From positions 22,883-86,882 of IMG/VR virus record IMGVR_UViG_2857083903_000001: 64,000 nucleotides of DNA. One strand, given 5' to 3'. The notes beneath the pieces are model-generated. The model was not told the DNA's origin. It ran no database searches and worked only from the letters and a program-made list of their open reading frames with translations. A program made the translations under genes and the position numbers. Of the stretch, positions 40,008 through 49,867 are shown one piece after another. The DNA comes from a virus. Lineage: Duplodnaviria > Caudoviricetes. The stretch's first letter is position 1. The number at the start of each line of letters is the position of its first letter.

Positions 40008-40669
40008 TAGCGTCGGCCTCCGTAGCCGCGCTCGAGGGCCAGGCGGAAGTAGTCCTCGCGGGCGCGGAGGGTGGTGCCGTTGTCGGCGTACTGGGTGACG
40101 ACCTTCCCTTCGGACGCCGCACGGGTGTGGATCTTGTATCGGCGGATGACGGTCTTCGCGCGGGGCCAGCCCATGGCGTCGATGTAGGCGATGGTGTCGT
40201 TGAGGTCGGCAACACCGTCGCGGGGGTCCCAGGCGTTGATGACGACGGTGTAGGGCAGGCCACGGGGCACGATGACCCGCTCGATGGTGCGGGCGGTCGG
40301 GTCGAACGCGAGGGGCTCGGGGGGCATGGGGACCAGAACGTCGTCGGCGACGTCGAGGGCGGCGGCGAGGATGTGTTCGTTCTCGAGGCTGCCGGGGGTG
40401 TCGATGAAGACGTGCTGCCGGCTGTCGGTGTCGCCGAGGACGTCGTGGGCGACGGCGGCGAGGTTGACGGCGGTGGTGGTCTTGCCGACTCCGCCCTTCT
40501 GGTTGCAGATGACGTGGATCTGCGCGCCGAGGTTTTTCAGTTCGGCGAGGCTGGCGGGGTCTTCGTGGGCGGCGGCGAAGTCGAAGGGGAGGTCGTCGCC
40601 GACGCGGTCGGCCCACCAGATGGTTGACCCTTGGGGGTCGGTGGACACGACGAGGATGCTGGAAGGCAT
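40007..40669 (-). CDS. parA: ParA ATPase with permuted motif order
   Basis: VVSTDPQGS (A') precedes NQKGGVGKTT (A); IDTPG (B). Confidence 0.85.
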   Translation of the reverse strand: MPSSILVVSTDPQGSTIWWADRVGDDLPFDFAAAHEDPASLAELKNLGAQIHVICNQKGGVGKTTTAVNLAAVAHDVLGDTDSRQHVFIDTPGSLENEHILAAALDVADDVLVPMPPEPLAFDPTARTIERVIVPRGLPYTVVINAWDPRDGVADLNDTIAYIDAMGWPRAKTVIRRYKIHTRAASEGKVVTQYADNGTTLRAREDYFRLALERGYGGRR

Positions 40670-40793
40670 GGTGCTCCGTTCCGTGTGCTTCCCGGAGGGT
40701 TTCCGGTACTCGGACGGGCCATAGCTTCTCAGATCGGGTGGGTGGGGCTGCTGATTGGGAGGCGGTTTCGGGTTGGGATTTCTGTGCGGGCGT

Positions 40794-40809
40794 GTATACC
40801 GCGGTATAC
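40794..40809. promoter_or_regulatory. parS-like palindrome 3 (upstream of parA)
   Basis: GTATACCGCGGTATAC. Confidence 0.7.
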
Positions 40810-40830
40810 GCCTGAGCCGGGAGGGCGGGC

Positions 40831-40998
40831 TCAGTCGTCGTCTTCGTCGTCCTCGTCGTCGTAGGGCTGCCCGTCCTCGTAGGCGGGTTCGAGGAACAGG
40901 GTGCGGTGGTCGTGGACGAGGGTGGGCCGCGGCCAGGCGGGGGCGGTTCGCGGGGTGTTGATGCGGGTGGCCGGCGGGCGAGGCGGGGCGGTGGTCAT
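40831..40998 (-). CDS. Small protein with acidic tail
   Basis: ATGA overlap; RBS GGAG. Confidence 0.5.
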   Translation of the reverse strand: MTTAPPRPPATRINTPRTAPAWPRPTLVHDHRTLFLEPAYEDGQPYDDEDDEDDD

Positions 40999-41159
40999 CG
41001 GATGCTCCGGACGGTCAGGGCTGGTTCGGGTGTGGGGGTGCCGGGTTGGAGGGTGGCGGGGTTGATGTGGCCGCGTGCCCACTGGTCGAGCCACGCCCGT
41101 TCTTGGTCGGTTTCGGCAGCGTGCCAGGTGTGGGGGTAGCGGCTGGTGGTGGGTTGCAT
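40995..41159 (-). CDS. Small hypothetical protein (MQPTTSRY...)
   Basis: Read manually; RBS GGAG. Confidence 0.45.
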   Translation of the reverse strand: MQPTTSRYPHTWHAAETDQERAWLDQWARGHINPATLQPGTPTPEPALTVRSIR

Positions 41160-41228
41160 GGCGGCTCCCTGTGGTGCTGGGTGATCGCCGCCAACAGTGC
41201 ACCAGATACGCCGTGGTGTTCCCTCCGC

Positions 41229-42002
41229 TCAGGCGACGTCGAACGCCCGACGTGGTGCGGGGGCGGTGCCGGAGGCTTCTTGGCGCTTCCGGGCGAGGGC
41301 GGCCCGGTGGCTGGCGTCGCTCCGGTCGACCTGCCGGGCGGCCGCCTGCTCCAGGTCCACGGCGGGCTCGGGCTGCCGGTTGGCGCGGAGGGCGGCTTCC
41401 TGCCGTCGCATGGCCCGCTGAAGGTAGGGGTCGATGCTGGGGCGGGTGGGCTGGTGTTGGAGGGCTGCGGCGAGCGTCTGCCGGTAGCCAGGGCTGGCGG
41501 TCTCCCGTGTCCGTACCGGGCCGGGCTGCGGCTTGGGGGCGTCCGGGAGAGCGGCCGCCGCGGTGGTGAGGTTGGCGACGGGCAGGACACGAATCGTGCG
41601 GACCACGGGGCGGCCGAGCTTGTCGTTGATCTGCTTGGCGAGCTGCCCGCCGAGGAGTCGGAGTTGTGCGGCGTAGGCGTGGCTGGCGGGGCGGAGGTCG
41701 AGGCGTCCGGTCTGGTCCTCGTAGTGGGCGGGTTCGACGTGGCCGATGTACTGGGGGCAGAGGGAGGGCCACTGGTCGTGGATGCTGCCGCCGGCGAGGC
41801 CCGCTTCCATGGGGGCTTCGGCGTGCAGGTTGGCGATGGCGGTTGCGAGGCTGACCGGCTCACGGCCTTCTCCGTTGCGCGGTGGGCGCCTGCGCTTGGG
41901 CTTGGCCGGGGCGGCGCCGGGATAGGTGCGGGTGGCGGCTTTGTAGGTCTCGAGGGCTTGCCGGGCGAGGTCTTTCCCGGAGAGCTGCGGGGTGTCGGTC
42001 AT
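41229..42002 (-). CDS. DciA/DUF721-family protein with C-terminal extension
   Basis: DLARQAL, GREPVSL, DQWPSLCP, SHAYAAQLRLL, INDKLG..VRTIRV. Confidence 0.75.
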   Translation of the reverse strand: MTDTPQLSGKDLARQALETYKAATRTYPGAAPAKPKRRRPPRNGEGREPVSLATAIANLHAEAPMEAGLAGGSIHDQWPSLCPQYIGHVEPAHYEDQTGRLDLRPASHAYAAQLRLLGGQLAKQINDKLGRPVVRTIRVLPVANLTTAAAALPDAPKPQPGPVRTRETASPGYRQTLAAALQHQPTRPSIDPYLQRAMRRQEAALRANRQPEPAVDLEQAAARQVDRSDASHRAALARKRQEASGTAPAPRRAFDVA

Positions 42003-42877
42003 GCAGCACCGCCGAAGTCGAGGACACCCTGAACGAACCGGCCCTTTGCCAGCTCGTGGTACTCAGGATTGAGATCGACGCCTATGTACTTCCTGCCGAG
42101 TTGACGGGCCGCCGCGCCGGTCGTACCCGACCCAGAGAACGGATCAAGCACGGTTCCACCGGGCTTGCAGCCAGCCTTGATGCAACGCAGTGGCAGGTCG
42201 ATCGGGAACACCGCAAAGTGCGCGGCCGGGTACGGGCGGGTCGTGATGGACCAGACATCGCCGGGGTTGCGGCCATTACTGTCGTCTGCCGTACGGGAGG
42301 CGGAGCGAATTGAATCAAGATCGAACCAATAGCGGGGCTGCTTAGCGAGCATGAACAGGTGCTCGTGCCGGTTCGACAGCCGATCCCGGACACTCTCGGG
42401 CATGGCATTGGGCTTGTTCCAGATGATCTCGTTGCGGAGAAACCAACCGTCGTCCTGCAACGCGAACGCCACCCGCCACGGGATACCGAGAAGCTGCTTC
42501 ATCGCCAACCCTCCGCCGCTCTTGCCGCCACTCCCCGCAGGCGTCGTCAGGTGGTTGCTGCGGCCCACGAGACCGTCTGTTTTCGACTCGCTGCCCTTGG
42601 GGCTGCACACGTAGGAGTCACCAAGATTGAGCCACAACGTCCCGTCGTCGGCGAGCACCCGCCGCGCCTCGGCGAACAGGCTTCGCATCGTCTCCACGTA
42701 CTCGGCTGGCGACGCTTCCAGACCGTACTGGCCGTCCACGCCATACGACCGCAGTCCGTAGTACGGCGGGGAAGTCACCACGCAGTCGACGGATGCATCC
42801 GCCAGGGTGCGCAGGGTCTCGAGCGCGTCGCCGAGCAGCAGGGTGACCTGGTCGTCGCTGTAGTAGGGCTCGGTCAC
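41999..42877 (-). CDS. DNA methyltransferase, N4-C/N6-A beta class
   Basis: VTSPPYY, HFAVFP, VLDPFSGSGTT. Confidence 0.9.
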   Translation of the reverse strand: MTEPYYSDDQVTLLLGDALETLRTLADASVDCVVTSPPYYGLRSYGVDGQYGLEASPAEYVETMRSLFAEARRVLADDGTLWLNLGDSYVCSPKGSESKTDGLVGRSNHLTTPAGSGGKSGGGLAMKQLLGIPWRVAFALQDDGWFLRNEIIWNKPNAMPESVRDRLSNRHEHLFMLAKQPRYWFDLDSIRSASRTADDSNGRNPGDVWSITTRPYPAAHFAVFPIDLPLRCIKAGCKPGGTVLDPFSGSGTTGAAARQLGRKYIGVDLNPEYHELAKGRFVQGVLDFGGAA

Positions 42878-42890
42878 GGTTGGTCTCCGT

Positions 42891-44177
42891 TCAGAAGGCG
42901 GGGGCGAGGGTGTTACGGCGGGCGTTGATGGCCTCGAGGGCGAGGGTCTGATCGACGAGCCGGCTGGTGTAGAGGCGGCGGGCGTACTGCTCGCCGGCCA
43001 GTTCGATCGTGGTGAGGAGCAGGCCGGGGTCGGCCATGGCGTCCAGGCGCATCTGCACGACCTCCTCGGAGGTGAGGTCCTCGAGGTCGAGCGGGCTGTC
43101 TTCGACGGGCGTGGTGTCGGCGGCAAGGCGGCCGCTGATCGTGTTGAACGCCACGTCCCAAGCGCGGCGGGCAGCGGCGCTCTGGGGGCCTGCACCGAGG
43201 TCGCTGTAGTCGGGCTCGGCGTGGCGCTCCTGCGCGGCGTGCTGGGAGTCCTCCCACATGGCGACCAGCTCGGCCCGCTTGGCGGGGGTGTCGAACACGA
43301 GGTGCTTGGAGGCGAGGCGGGAGGCGAGCAGTCCGGAGGGCCGGGAGACACCGCGGGCGGGCAGGGGGGTGAGTTCGGCGGCGGCCTGGATCTCGCGGGC
43401 GGTCCAGCCCTGGTCGGTGAACTTGCGGATGACCCAGGCGATGCGTTCGCGGTTGGCGTGCTGCAGCCAGGTGACGGTGCGGATGAGTTCTCCGGCTACC
43501 TGGAAGCGGCGGCCGATCTTGTTCAGCTTCCGGGGCCTGTGGTTGGACTTCTTCGGGGTGGGGGACTTTGCCTGCCCGCTTGCGAGCTTGCTCTCAGGGG
43601 GGGAGTTAGTACTAGCCGCAGAAGAAGTGCCAGTAGTACCACCCTCCATTGGGGTGCAACGCGGTCCCTTCGAAGAGGGGGTGCGGTGGCGGGGGCGGCG
43701 GGTCTTCCGGGCGGCCTTCTTCGCCAGCTTCCCCAGCAGGGTCCGGGACTCTTCGGCGGCGCCGATCGGGCGGCGCGTTGCACCCTCGCCGATGGTGCGG
43801 ATACCGAGCGCGTGGTCGAAGGCGGCGGGGATGACGCGCTCGAACTCGGAGGCGCGGCCGCCGATGCCGCTGATGCGGGTGCCCTTGGTCCGGTAGACGA
43901 GGAGTCCGGCTTCGCGGAGCATCCCGAGGTGGTACTGGACGGTGCGTTCGGCGACCTTCAGCTTGCGGGCGAGGTAGTCGACGGATGGCCGGCATTCCTT
44001 GAGTGCGGCGATCTCCTGGGCGATGGCGATGGTGGTGGTGCCCCAGCGGGGGCCGTGGGTGCGGGCGGGGGTGTAGAGGCCGCTGCCGGCGATCCAGTGG
44101 ACGGCGGTCATCCAGGAGTGGGGGCAGGTGGTGATGCGGCCGCTGGTGGTGTGGAGCCACTGTTGTGTGGGGGGCAC
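42891..44177 (-). CDS. wHTH protein, probable plasmid replication initiator (start uncertain)
   Basis: CRPSVDYLARKLKVAERTVQYHLGMLREAGLL; adjacent to dciA/parAB. Confidence 0.55.
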   Translation of the reverse strand: MPPTQQWLHTTSGRITTCPHSWMTAVHWIAGSGLYTPARTHGPRWGTTTIAIAQEIAALKECRPSVDYLARKLKVAERTVQYHLGMLREAGLLVYRTKGTRISGIGGRASEFERVIPAAFDHALGIRTIGEGATRRPIGAAEESRTLLGKLAKKAARKTRRPRHRTPSSKGPRCTPMEGGTTGTSSAASTNSPPESKLASGQAKSPTPKKSNHRPRKLNKIGRRFQVAGELIRTVTWLQHANRERIAWVIRKFTDQGWTAREIQAAAELTPLPARGVSRPSGLLASRLASKHLVFDTPAKRAELVAMWEDSQHAAQERHAEPDYSDLGAGPQSAAARRAWDVAFNTISGRLAADTTPVEDSPLDLEDLTSEEVVQMRLDAMADPGLLLTTIELAGEQYARRLYTSRLVDQTLALEAINARRNTLAPAF

Positions 44178-44504
44178 GGCGAGTCGGGTTTGGGGGCACT
44201 GGGTGTCGCCCGTGCGGGGGGAGATATGCCGCGAATCGCCATGCGTGGGATTGCGAAGCTGACAAGTGGGGGTGCGCTGAGGCACTATGTACCTGCTTCC
44301 GGTTGTGCGGGAGCGTAAAAGGGCCCCGCTTCGGTGGTGGTTCGCTTCGGTGGTAGAAGCACTCGCTCCGGGATTCCGGAGCCTTAGCTCGAAGCGCCAA
44401 CTTCGAGCCGTGGAAGTAGGCCGCGCACGGTGCGCCAACACCAGCGGCCAGCGGTTGAGGGTGAAGCCCCCGCCAAGGGGCTCAGGAACCTCCCGCAGGA
44501 AGCA

Positions 44505-44939
44505 CTACGTCACTCGATCTCCCTCAATGGGTGGGGTCTGCCCCTGCGTCGACGCGAGGGAAGTCTCGAAGTGCCTCAGCCAAACGCTCTTGGCATCGAA
44601 TCCGGCACTGCTGGCCAACCAAGCGCCGCACGAGCAGGAGACGGTCACGCCTTGGCCGCCGGGGTTGTCGGTCTGCGGCAGGTGCTCAGCGACGGCGTCC
44701 GGATGCGCAGGGCACAGGTGCAGCCAGAAGCGTCCGACGGTCCGCACGCCGTCTGCGCTCATGGCATGCAGACGAGCCCGGCCGGACTTCACTGAAGGCA
44801 GGGGGCCGTAAGCCTGGTGCGCGATGCTGGAGACTTTCGTCCAGTCAGAGGGGGCCTCGTTGGTGTCGGAGAGAACCGACGTTGCGCACTGGACTTCGTC
44901 GCACCGGAAACGGTAGGTACGCAGCACCTCGACGCTCAT
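44505..44939 (-). CDS. Cys/His-containing hypothetical protein
   Basis: ATGA overlap; RBS GGAGG. Confidence 0.55.
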   Translation of the reverse strand: MSVEVLRTYRFRCDEVQCATSVLSDTNEAPSDWTKVSSIAHQAYGPLPSVKSGRARLHAMSADGVRTVGRFWLHLCPAHPDAVAEHLPQTDNPGGQGVTVSCSCGAWLASSAGFDAKSVWLRHFETSLASTQGQTPPIEGDRVT

Positions 44940-45334
44940 CGCTCGCCTCCCGTCCAGCCATAGCCCTGAGCGATGAACTGAACGGCGGGGCAGATCTCGT
45001 GGTCGTAGAAGTCGACGCGCTGATCGAAGTCTCCGTCGTCGTCCCACACCGGGCAGGAGTGCGCCCGGCCGCCGTGAAGCCCCAGCAGCTTCCGGTCGGC
45101 GGCGCAGCGACGCAGAACCGATGCAGGGTCGGCGGCAGCGATGTGAACGATCGAACGCGCCCGATCCTCGCGGGACTTGGCCACCAAGGCGTTCTTCTGA
45201 TCCCGCACGCCGTAGACGAACGGGTCCTCCCGCCACTCACCACCAGCTTCAGCAGCAGCATCGCTGGCCACCCGCTCGCGCTCACGGATAGCGGACTCAA
45301 GCCAGGCGAGGACGGCCTCGCCCTGGGCGGTCAT
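44936..45334 (-). CDS. DUF6221-like protein
   Basis: HIAAADPASVLRRCAADRKLL. Confidence 0.65.
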   Translation of the reverse strand: MTAQGEAVLAWLESAIRERERVASDAAAEAGGEWREDPFVYGVRDQKNALVAKSREDRARSIVHIAAADPASVLRRCAADRKLLGLHGGRAHSCPVWDDDGDFDQRVDFYDHEICPAVQFIAQGYGWTGGER

Positions 45335-45677
45335 GCGACTGCGGGGGTAGAAGTGACAGGGCCCGTGTGCGTCGGCGGTGTGATCTTCACGCCAGATACG
45401 CGGAAACTTCGGGCTGCCCTGCCTACGTGGTCGGGACCACGGGTACGCTTGGCCATTGTCGGCACCTTCGGTTGAGTGTGGTGTCGGCCCGGCCCCGCTC
45501 CTGATGTTTGCCGCATCAGGGTTACAGCGGGGCCGTTCCTTATTGTCTTGTGGCGTCGGACTGCATCTGACTGCATGTCTGGCGCAGGCACCAGCCTACC
45601 CGTTGACCCCGCCATCTGTCTCCGGTCCTTCCCCTTGTGTCTCTCATGCGACTTGTCACACCGTTCGTGACGGTGTA

Positions 45678-46112
45678 TCAGCGTCCGCGCTCCGACTCGC
45701 CGTCCGCCGGATGACGCCCCTCCACCGGAGCCACCAACCGCCGCGACCTGGCCGACAACCCGCCCATCGCGTTGAACCCCACCTCCTCGAACACGCCCTG
45801 CACCCGCGCCATCTCATCCGCGAACAGACGCGGCGCCGACGACAACCTCCCGGCATAGAAGCCCACCGCCAACGCCCGATCCCACACCGCTTGAATCAGC
45901 GCCGGGTCCTGGTCAGCCCATATATCCACCGCGAGCTTGTCCGGGCGTCCCGCCGTCGCCAGCTCCGCATGCGCCAACAGACCCGCCAGGAACTCCCCCG
46001 ACGACATCGCCCGCCCCGCCAGCACCGCATCCCGGCACATCACCTCGAACCCCGCCTCCTCCCCGCCATCCACGGCGGCGTCCACGGGCGTGGGGGTGTG
46101 GTTCTCGGTCAT
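45678..46112 (-). CDS. Hypothetical protein
   Basis: ATGA overlap; RBS GGAG. Confidence 0.6.
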   Translation of the reverse strand: MTENHTPTPVDAAVDGGEEAGFEVMCRDAVLAGRAMSSGEFLAGLLAHAELATAGRPDKLAVDIWADQDPALIQAVWDRALAVGFYAGRLSSAPRLFADEMARVQGVFEEVGFNAMGGLSARSRRLVAPVEGRHPADGESERGR

Positions 46113-46945
46113 GCGGCAGCTCCCAGGTTGGAGGGGATCAGAGACTCGAACGACAACTGGCCCGGCAACACCGGAACCTGACCGGGCATGACCCGGACCT
46201 GCGGACGGCGCGGCCGGCTGGTCGGGGTGCGGCGCGGCCGCGGGACCGGCAGCACAGCCACCGGCGGGACCTTCGTCGGCGGCGGCACCGCAGGCACCGT
46301 GCCGTCATCCGCCACCACAACCACCCCCTCCAGCAGCCCCCGCTCACGCGCCACCGCCAGAGCCCGCATCCGTGTCACGTCCTTCGGCAACCCCAGCAAC
46401 CGGACAAGCTGCGACCGCTGCCAATTCGCCGTCCGCACATCCACCCCGCCCGCAGGGCCCTCCCCCCACACCGCCAGCAACCGAGACGCCTCCCTCGCCA
46501 CCTGGAACGGCTCCCACACCACGGCCAGCGCCGCCAACACAGCCCGCTTCTGCGCCGTCCCGAACGCCGCCCTCGGCGCCGCCACCGTGGCGACCCGCCG
46601 CTTCACCAACGCCCGATGCCGCTCCAACGACCGCCGGCCACCCCACACCCCATCCGGCTCCGCCAACTTCCCGTCCACCGTCACCGACGAGGCATACGCA
46701 TCGCACTGCACCATCACCGGACACGCCACACACACCGCGATAGCCGCAGCCTCACGCTCCAGACGCTCCCGCTGCCCCTCCGCCTCAAAAGCGTCCGGCC
46801 CGTGATGCGCCCCCACCGGCAGCCGCGTGTCGCCAGCCATCCGCGACGGGTCATCCACATCCGGAGCACACCCCCGATACCGGAACCACCGGTGCTCCAG
46901 CCACCTCCGCCGCAATTCCTCACTACTCAACGCTGCTGCACTCAC
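46109..46945 (-). CDS. WhiB-like protein with C-terminal extension
   Basis: C...CVACPVMVQC...GVWGG. Confidence 0.7.
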   Translation of the reverse strand: MSAAALSSEELRRRWLEHRWFRYRGCAPDVDDPSRMAGDTRLPVGAHHGPDAFEAEGQRERLEREAAAIAVCVACPVMVQCDAYASSVTVDGKLAEPDGVWGGRRSLERHRALVKRRVATVAAPRAAFGTAQKRAVLAALAVVWEPFQVAREASRLLAVWGEGPAGGVDVRTANWQRSQLVRLLGLPKDVTRMRALAVARERGLLEGVVVVADDGTVPAVPPPTKVPPVAVLPVPRPRRTPTSRPRRPQVRVMPGQVPVLPGQLSFESLIPSNLGAAA

Positions 46946-47217
46946 CGGGAGCCTCCCTCCGACACCGACACCGGCCCACACGACCCACACCCACACGCAC
47001 GCCCCGCCACCACCCGCTCCAGACGGCGCCGAAACACCTCCACATCCCGCACCAGACACCCCTCCACCAGCCCGTGAGACGCCCGCTCCCGCACCAACAC
47101 CCGCCGAAGACGCCGCCTCTCACGACACCCCCACACCGCCACCCACACAGCCGCCACACCCACCACGACGGCCCGAACGCGAACCGCCACCGCGGCCACC
47201 TCCTCCACTCGGGAAAC
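46942..47217 (-). CDS. Possible small membrane-anchored protein
   Basis: GTGA overlap with the next gene; very G/T-rich, start uncertain. Confidence 0.35.
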   Translation of the reverse strand, partial: VSRVEEVAAVAVRVRAVVVGVAAVWVAVWGCRERRRLRRVLVRERASHGLVEGCLVRDVEVFRRRLERVVAGRACGCGSCGPVSVSEGGSR

Positions 47218-47265
47218 ACAAAGGCCGGACCCGCACACCGCGAGCCCGGCCACCACCAGAGCTGA

Positions 47266-48864
47266 TCACGCAGCAGCCACGAACCCGCTGCTCTCCGACC
47301 GGCTTATCTCCTCACCCGTGATCGCCTCCACCAGCGCGCACACCAGGACCTCGGCGGCGTTCGGCGTGACGGCGTTGCCGTACTGCCGGACCTTTTCCCG
47401 CTTGTTACCGAGGACTATGTAGTCATCGGCGAAGCTCATGGCCCGCCCGATCTCGTGAGGCTCGAGCATCCGGAACAGAACGTCGTCGATGTCGACCTCC
47501 CCCCGCACCAGCGCATACCGGTCGCGGGTGGTGAGCGCGCCGATCGGCTCGTTGACGGACCGCGGGGCGCCGGTGCCGTAGTACGGGATCAGCATGTTCT
47601 CAGAGGCACCGGCCGGGGCGACGAGCCCGTGATGGTTACCGGACGCCGTCACAGTGGCGAGGGACTCGCCCACCGACCGGGCGACAGAGCCGCCGCCGCG
47701 GAGCTCCGCGATGAACGGCAGCCACGCCAACCCCGTCTCGTTCCGGGTCGTCATCGTGCGCAGCGGCCCGTGCGCCGAAGCAGCATCCTTCCCATCCCGG
47801 CCCTCCACCGGGACCAGGAGCGGCGGCACCATCAGCGCATCGTTCTCGCGGGTGGTACGGGCAGGCATCGGCTCCCCGACACTGACCGCCGCGTCCCGCC
47901 AGGTACCGCCGGCCGGAACCATCATCGGGACCGGGCGGGCGAACTTCTTCAACCCGGCCTCGATCCGCCTGAGGGTCTTCTCCGCAAGCGGCTTGGCACG
48001 GTCACCGATGCGCTGACCGGGGATCGACCAGTCGATCGCTGCGGCGGCCGGGAGAGCCTCCGGCTCGACGACCTGGTTCCGGCACGAAGTGTTCGGACAC
48101 CGGTAGACGTACTGCTGCCGGTAGCGGCCCATGTCCCGCTTGGGGTCCTTGAACATCTGCATGGCCTGCACCCACGTGTCGCAGCCGGAGCACCAGGCGC
48201 GCGGCCGCAGCCACTTGTCCCAGTCGGGGGTACGACCCAGCGACTCGTGCCAGTAGCCGACGTACAGGCGGTCGCGGGATTGTGGCGCCCGGTGCACGGA
48301 CCGCGGGTTGGCGTGCATCGAGTTCAGGGCGATGATCCGGGTGCGGTATCCGAGCTTGTGGATCTCACCGATCCAGCGATCCCACTGGTCCCAGGCGCGG
48401 ACGTCGACGACGTTCTCGACGATCCCGGCCTTGACCAGGCCGCCCCGCTCGATCACGCCGCGCAGATACAGCGGCACCTCCTCCATCAGCGCACGGGACT
48501 CCTCCTCCGCGGTCGGCTGCTCCTCCTCGTCGTCGAGGCCGGCGAGGAGGTCGAGGAGGCTGCCCTGCATGGCGTTCTGGAAGTCCCGCTTCTTCCCCTT
48601 GGCCACCGACCAGTTGGTGCACTCCGGGGACGCCCAGAAGATGTCGGTGACGGGCCAGTCCCACACCGGCGCCTTACGGATGTCGCCCTGGTAGTGACTG
48701 GTCTCCGGGAAGTTCTCAGCGTGCGACTCAATCGCAAGCCGCCAATGGTTCGCCGCTCGCGCCACCCGGACGCCAGGCACAGCGTGGACGCCCTGCGAGG
48801 ACCCGCCAGCACCACAGAACCAGTCCATGACCGTGAGCGCGTTGTCATCGTTGCGGTAACCCAT
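47266..48864 (-). CDS. C5-cytosine DNA methyltransferase
   Basis: DWFCGAGG, SPECT, VENV, QSRDR, QYGNAV. Confidence 0.9.
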   Translation of the reverse strand: MGYRNDDNALTVMDWFCGAGGSSQGVHAVPGVRVARAANHWRLAIESHAENFPETSHYQGDIRKAPVWDWPVTDIFWASPECTNWSVAKGKKRDFQNAMQGSLLDLLAGLDDEEEQPTAEEESRALMEEVPLYLRGVIERGGLVKAGIVENVVDVRAWDQWDRWIGEIHKLGYRTRIIALNSMHANPRSVHRAPQSRDRLYVGYWHESLGRTPDWDKWLRPRAWCSGCDTWVQAMQMFKDPKRDMGRYRQQYVYRCPNTSCRNQVVEPEALPAAAAIDWSIPGQRIGDRAKPLAEKTLRRIEAGLKKFARPVPMMVPAGGTWRDAAVSVGEPMPARTTRENDALMVPPLLVPVEGRDGKDAASAHGPLRTMTTRNETGLAWLPFIAELRGGGSVARSVGESLATVTASGNHHGLVAPAGASENMLIPYYGTGAPRSVNEPIGALTTRDRYALVRGEVDIDDVLFRMLEPHEIGRAMSFADDYIVLGNKREKVRQYGNAVTPNAAEVLVCALVEAITGEEISRSESSGFVAAA

Positions 48865-49781
48865 CAGGCCGCCCCCCGTTCCCCGTTGTCCTGCGCCTGC
48901 TGCCCGAGCCGACTGATCTGGTTGTTCAGCAACTCCCGGAACGTCACCACCGACTGGTCCCTCAGCGTCACCTCCGCCTCGGCGACACCGTGCTTCTCCG
49001 CGTCCAGGACGATCTGACCCAGCGCATCCGAGTTCCCCCAGCACGACGACGCCTGACCCTGCAGCCGCGCCAGATGATCGACCCCGTCAGCATGGGCGGC
49101 CTGCGCCGGCGGCTCCTCCACATCCACGGAAGGCGCCTGCGGTTCCGGCTTCACCGGCGGGTCCACCGGCACCGGCTCCGGCGCGGCCTGCCGCTGCCAC
49201 TCACTCGGCGGATGAGCCGCAGAGAACTGCACCACCGCGTCACGAGAACCGTCGTTGTACAACGACAGCCCGAACTGGTCACCCAAGTTCGTCGCACAGC
49301 GCTTCACCGCCTGCGAGAGGCTCGTCTTCATCGCCATGTCGTGGGCATCGCCCACCGACGGCTGGTTCACCGCGTCCCCGGCAGCCCCGTCCTCCCAGTG
49401 GGAGATCTCCCGCCCGCTGGTGTCGTAGATGGTCAGCCGGACCTGGGCGCGGTAGACGACCGTCCAGGCCGTGAACGGGTCGCCGTAGTACTCGCCCTGC
49501 TTGTTCTTCCGCCGGAAGCCCTCCTGCCCGTGGTTGTGCACCAGGTCCAGAGAGAGCGTCTCGATGGAGAAGCCACCGAAGCCGAAGATGCGGATGAGCT
49601 GGCGCCGGACGTCCCAGGCTTCGAGGTGAGCCAGCCCGCGAAGGTTCTGGACCCGGTTCGGGTTGATGCCACCGTGCAGCAGGCGGAGCTGCGGGGCAGT
49701 CAGCCGGGCGACCTGATTTTGGGTGTGCGAGGTGGGGCCCTCCGCCATCGTGCCAGCGGGGGCCTCAATGGCCTGAGCCAT
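48864..49781 (-). CDS. Rad52/Sak-like single-strand annealing protein
   Basis: LIRIFGFGGF, AMKTSLSQAVKRCATNLGDQFGLSLY. Confidence 0.85.
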   Translation of the reverse strand: MAQAIEAPAGTMAEGPTSHTQNQVARLTAPQLRLLHGGINPNRVQNLRGLAHLEAWDVRRQLIRIFGFGGFSIETLSLDLVHNHGQEGFRRKNKQGEYYGDPFTAWTVVYRAQVRLTIYDTSGREISHWEDGAAGDAVNQPSVGDAHDMAMKTSLSQAVKRCATNLGDQFGLSLYNDGSRDAVVQFSAAHPPSEWQRQAAPEPVPVDPPVKPEPQAPSVDVEEPPAQAAHADGVDHLARLQGQASSCWGNSDALGQIVLDAEKHGVAEAEVTLRDQSVVTFRELLNNQISRLGQQAQDNGERGAA

Positions 49782-49867
49782 GAGGGATCTCCTATGAGGT
49801 TGTACTCAACGAAGAGGTGGCGGCCGGCCCGGCCACATCACAGGCCAGCCCACACCCCGGAATCGAC

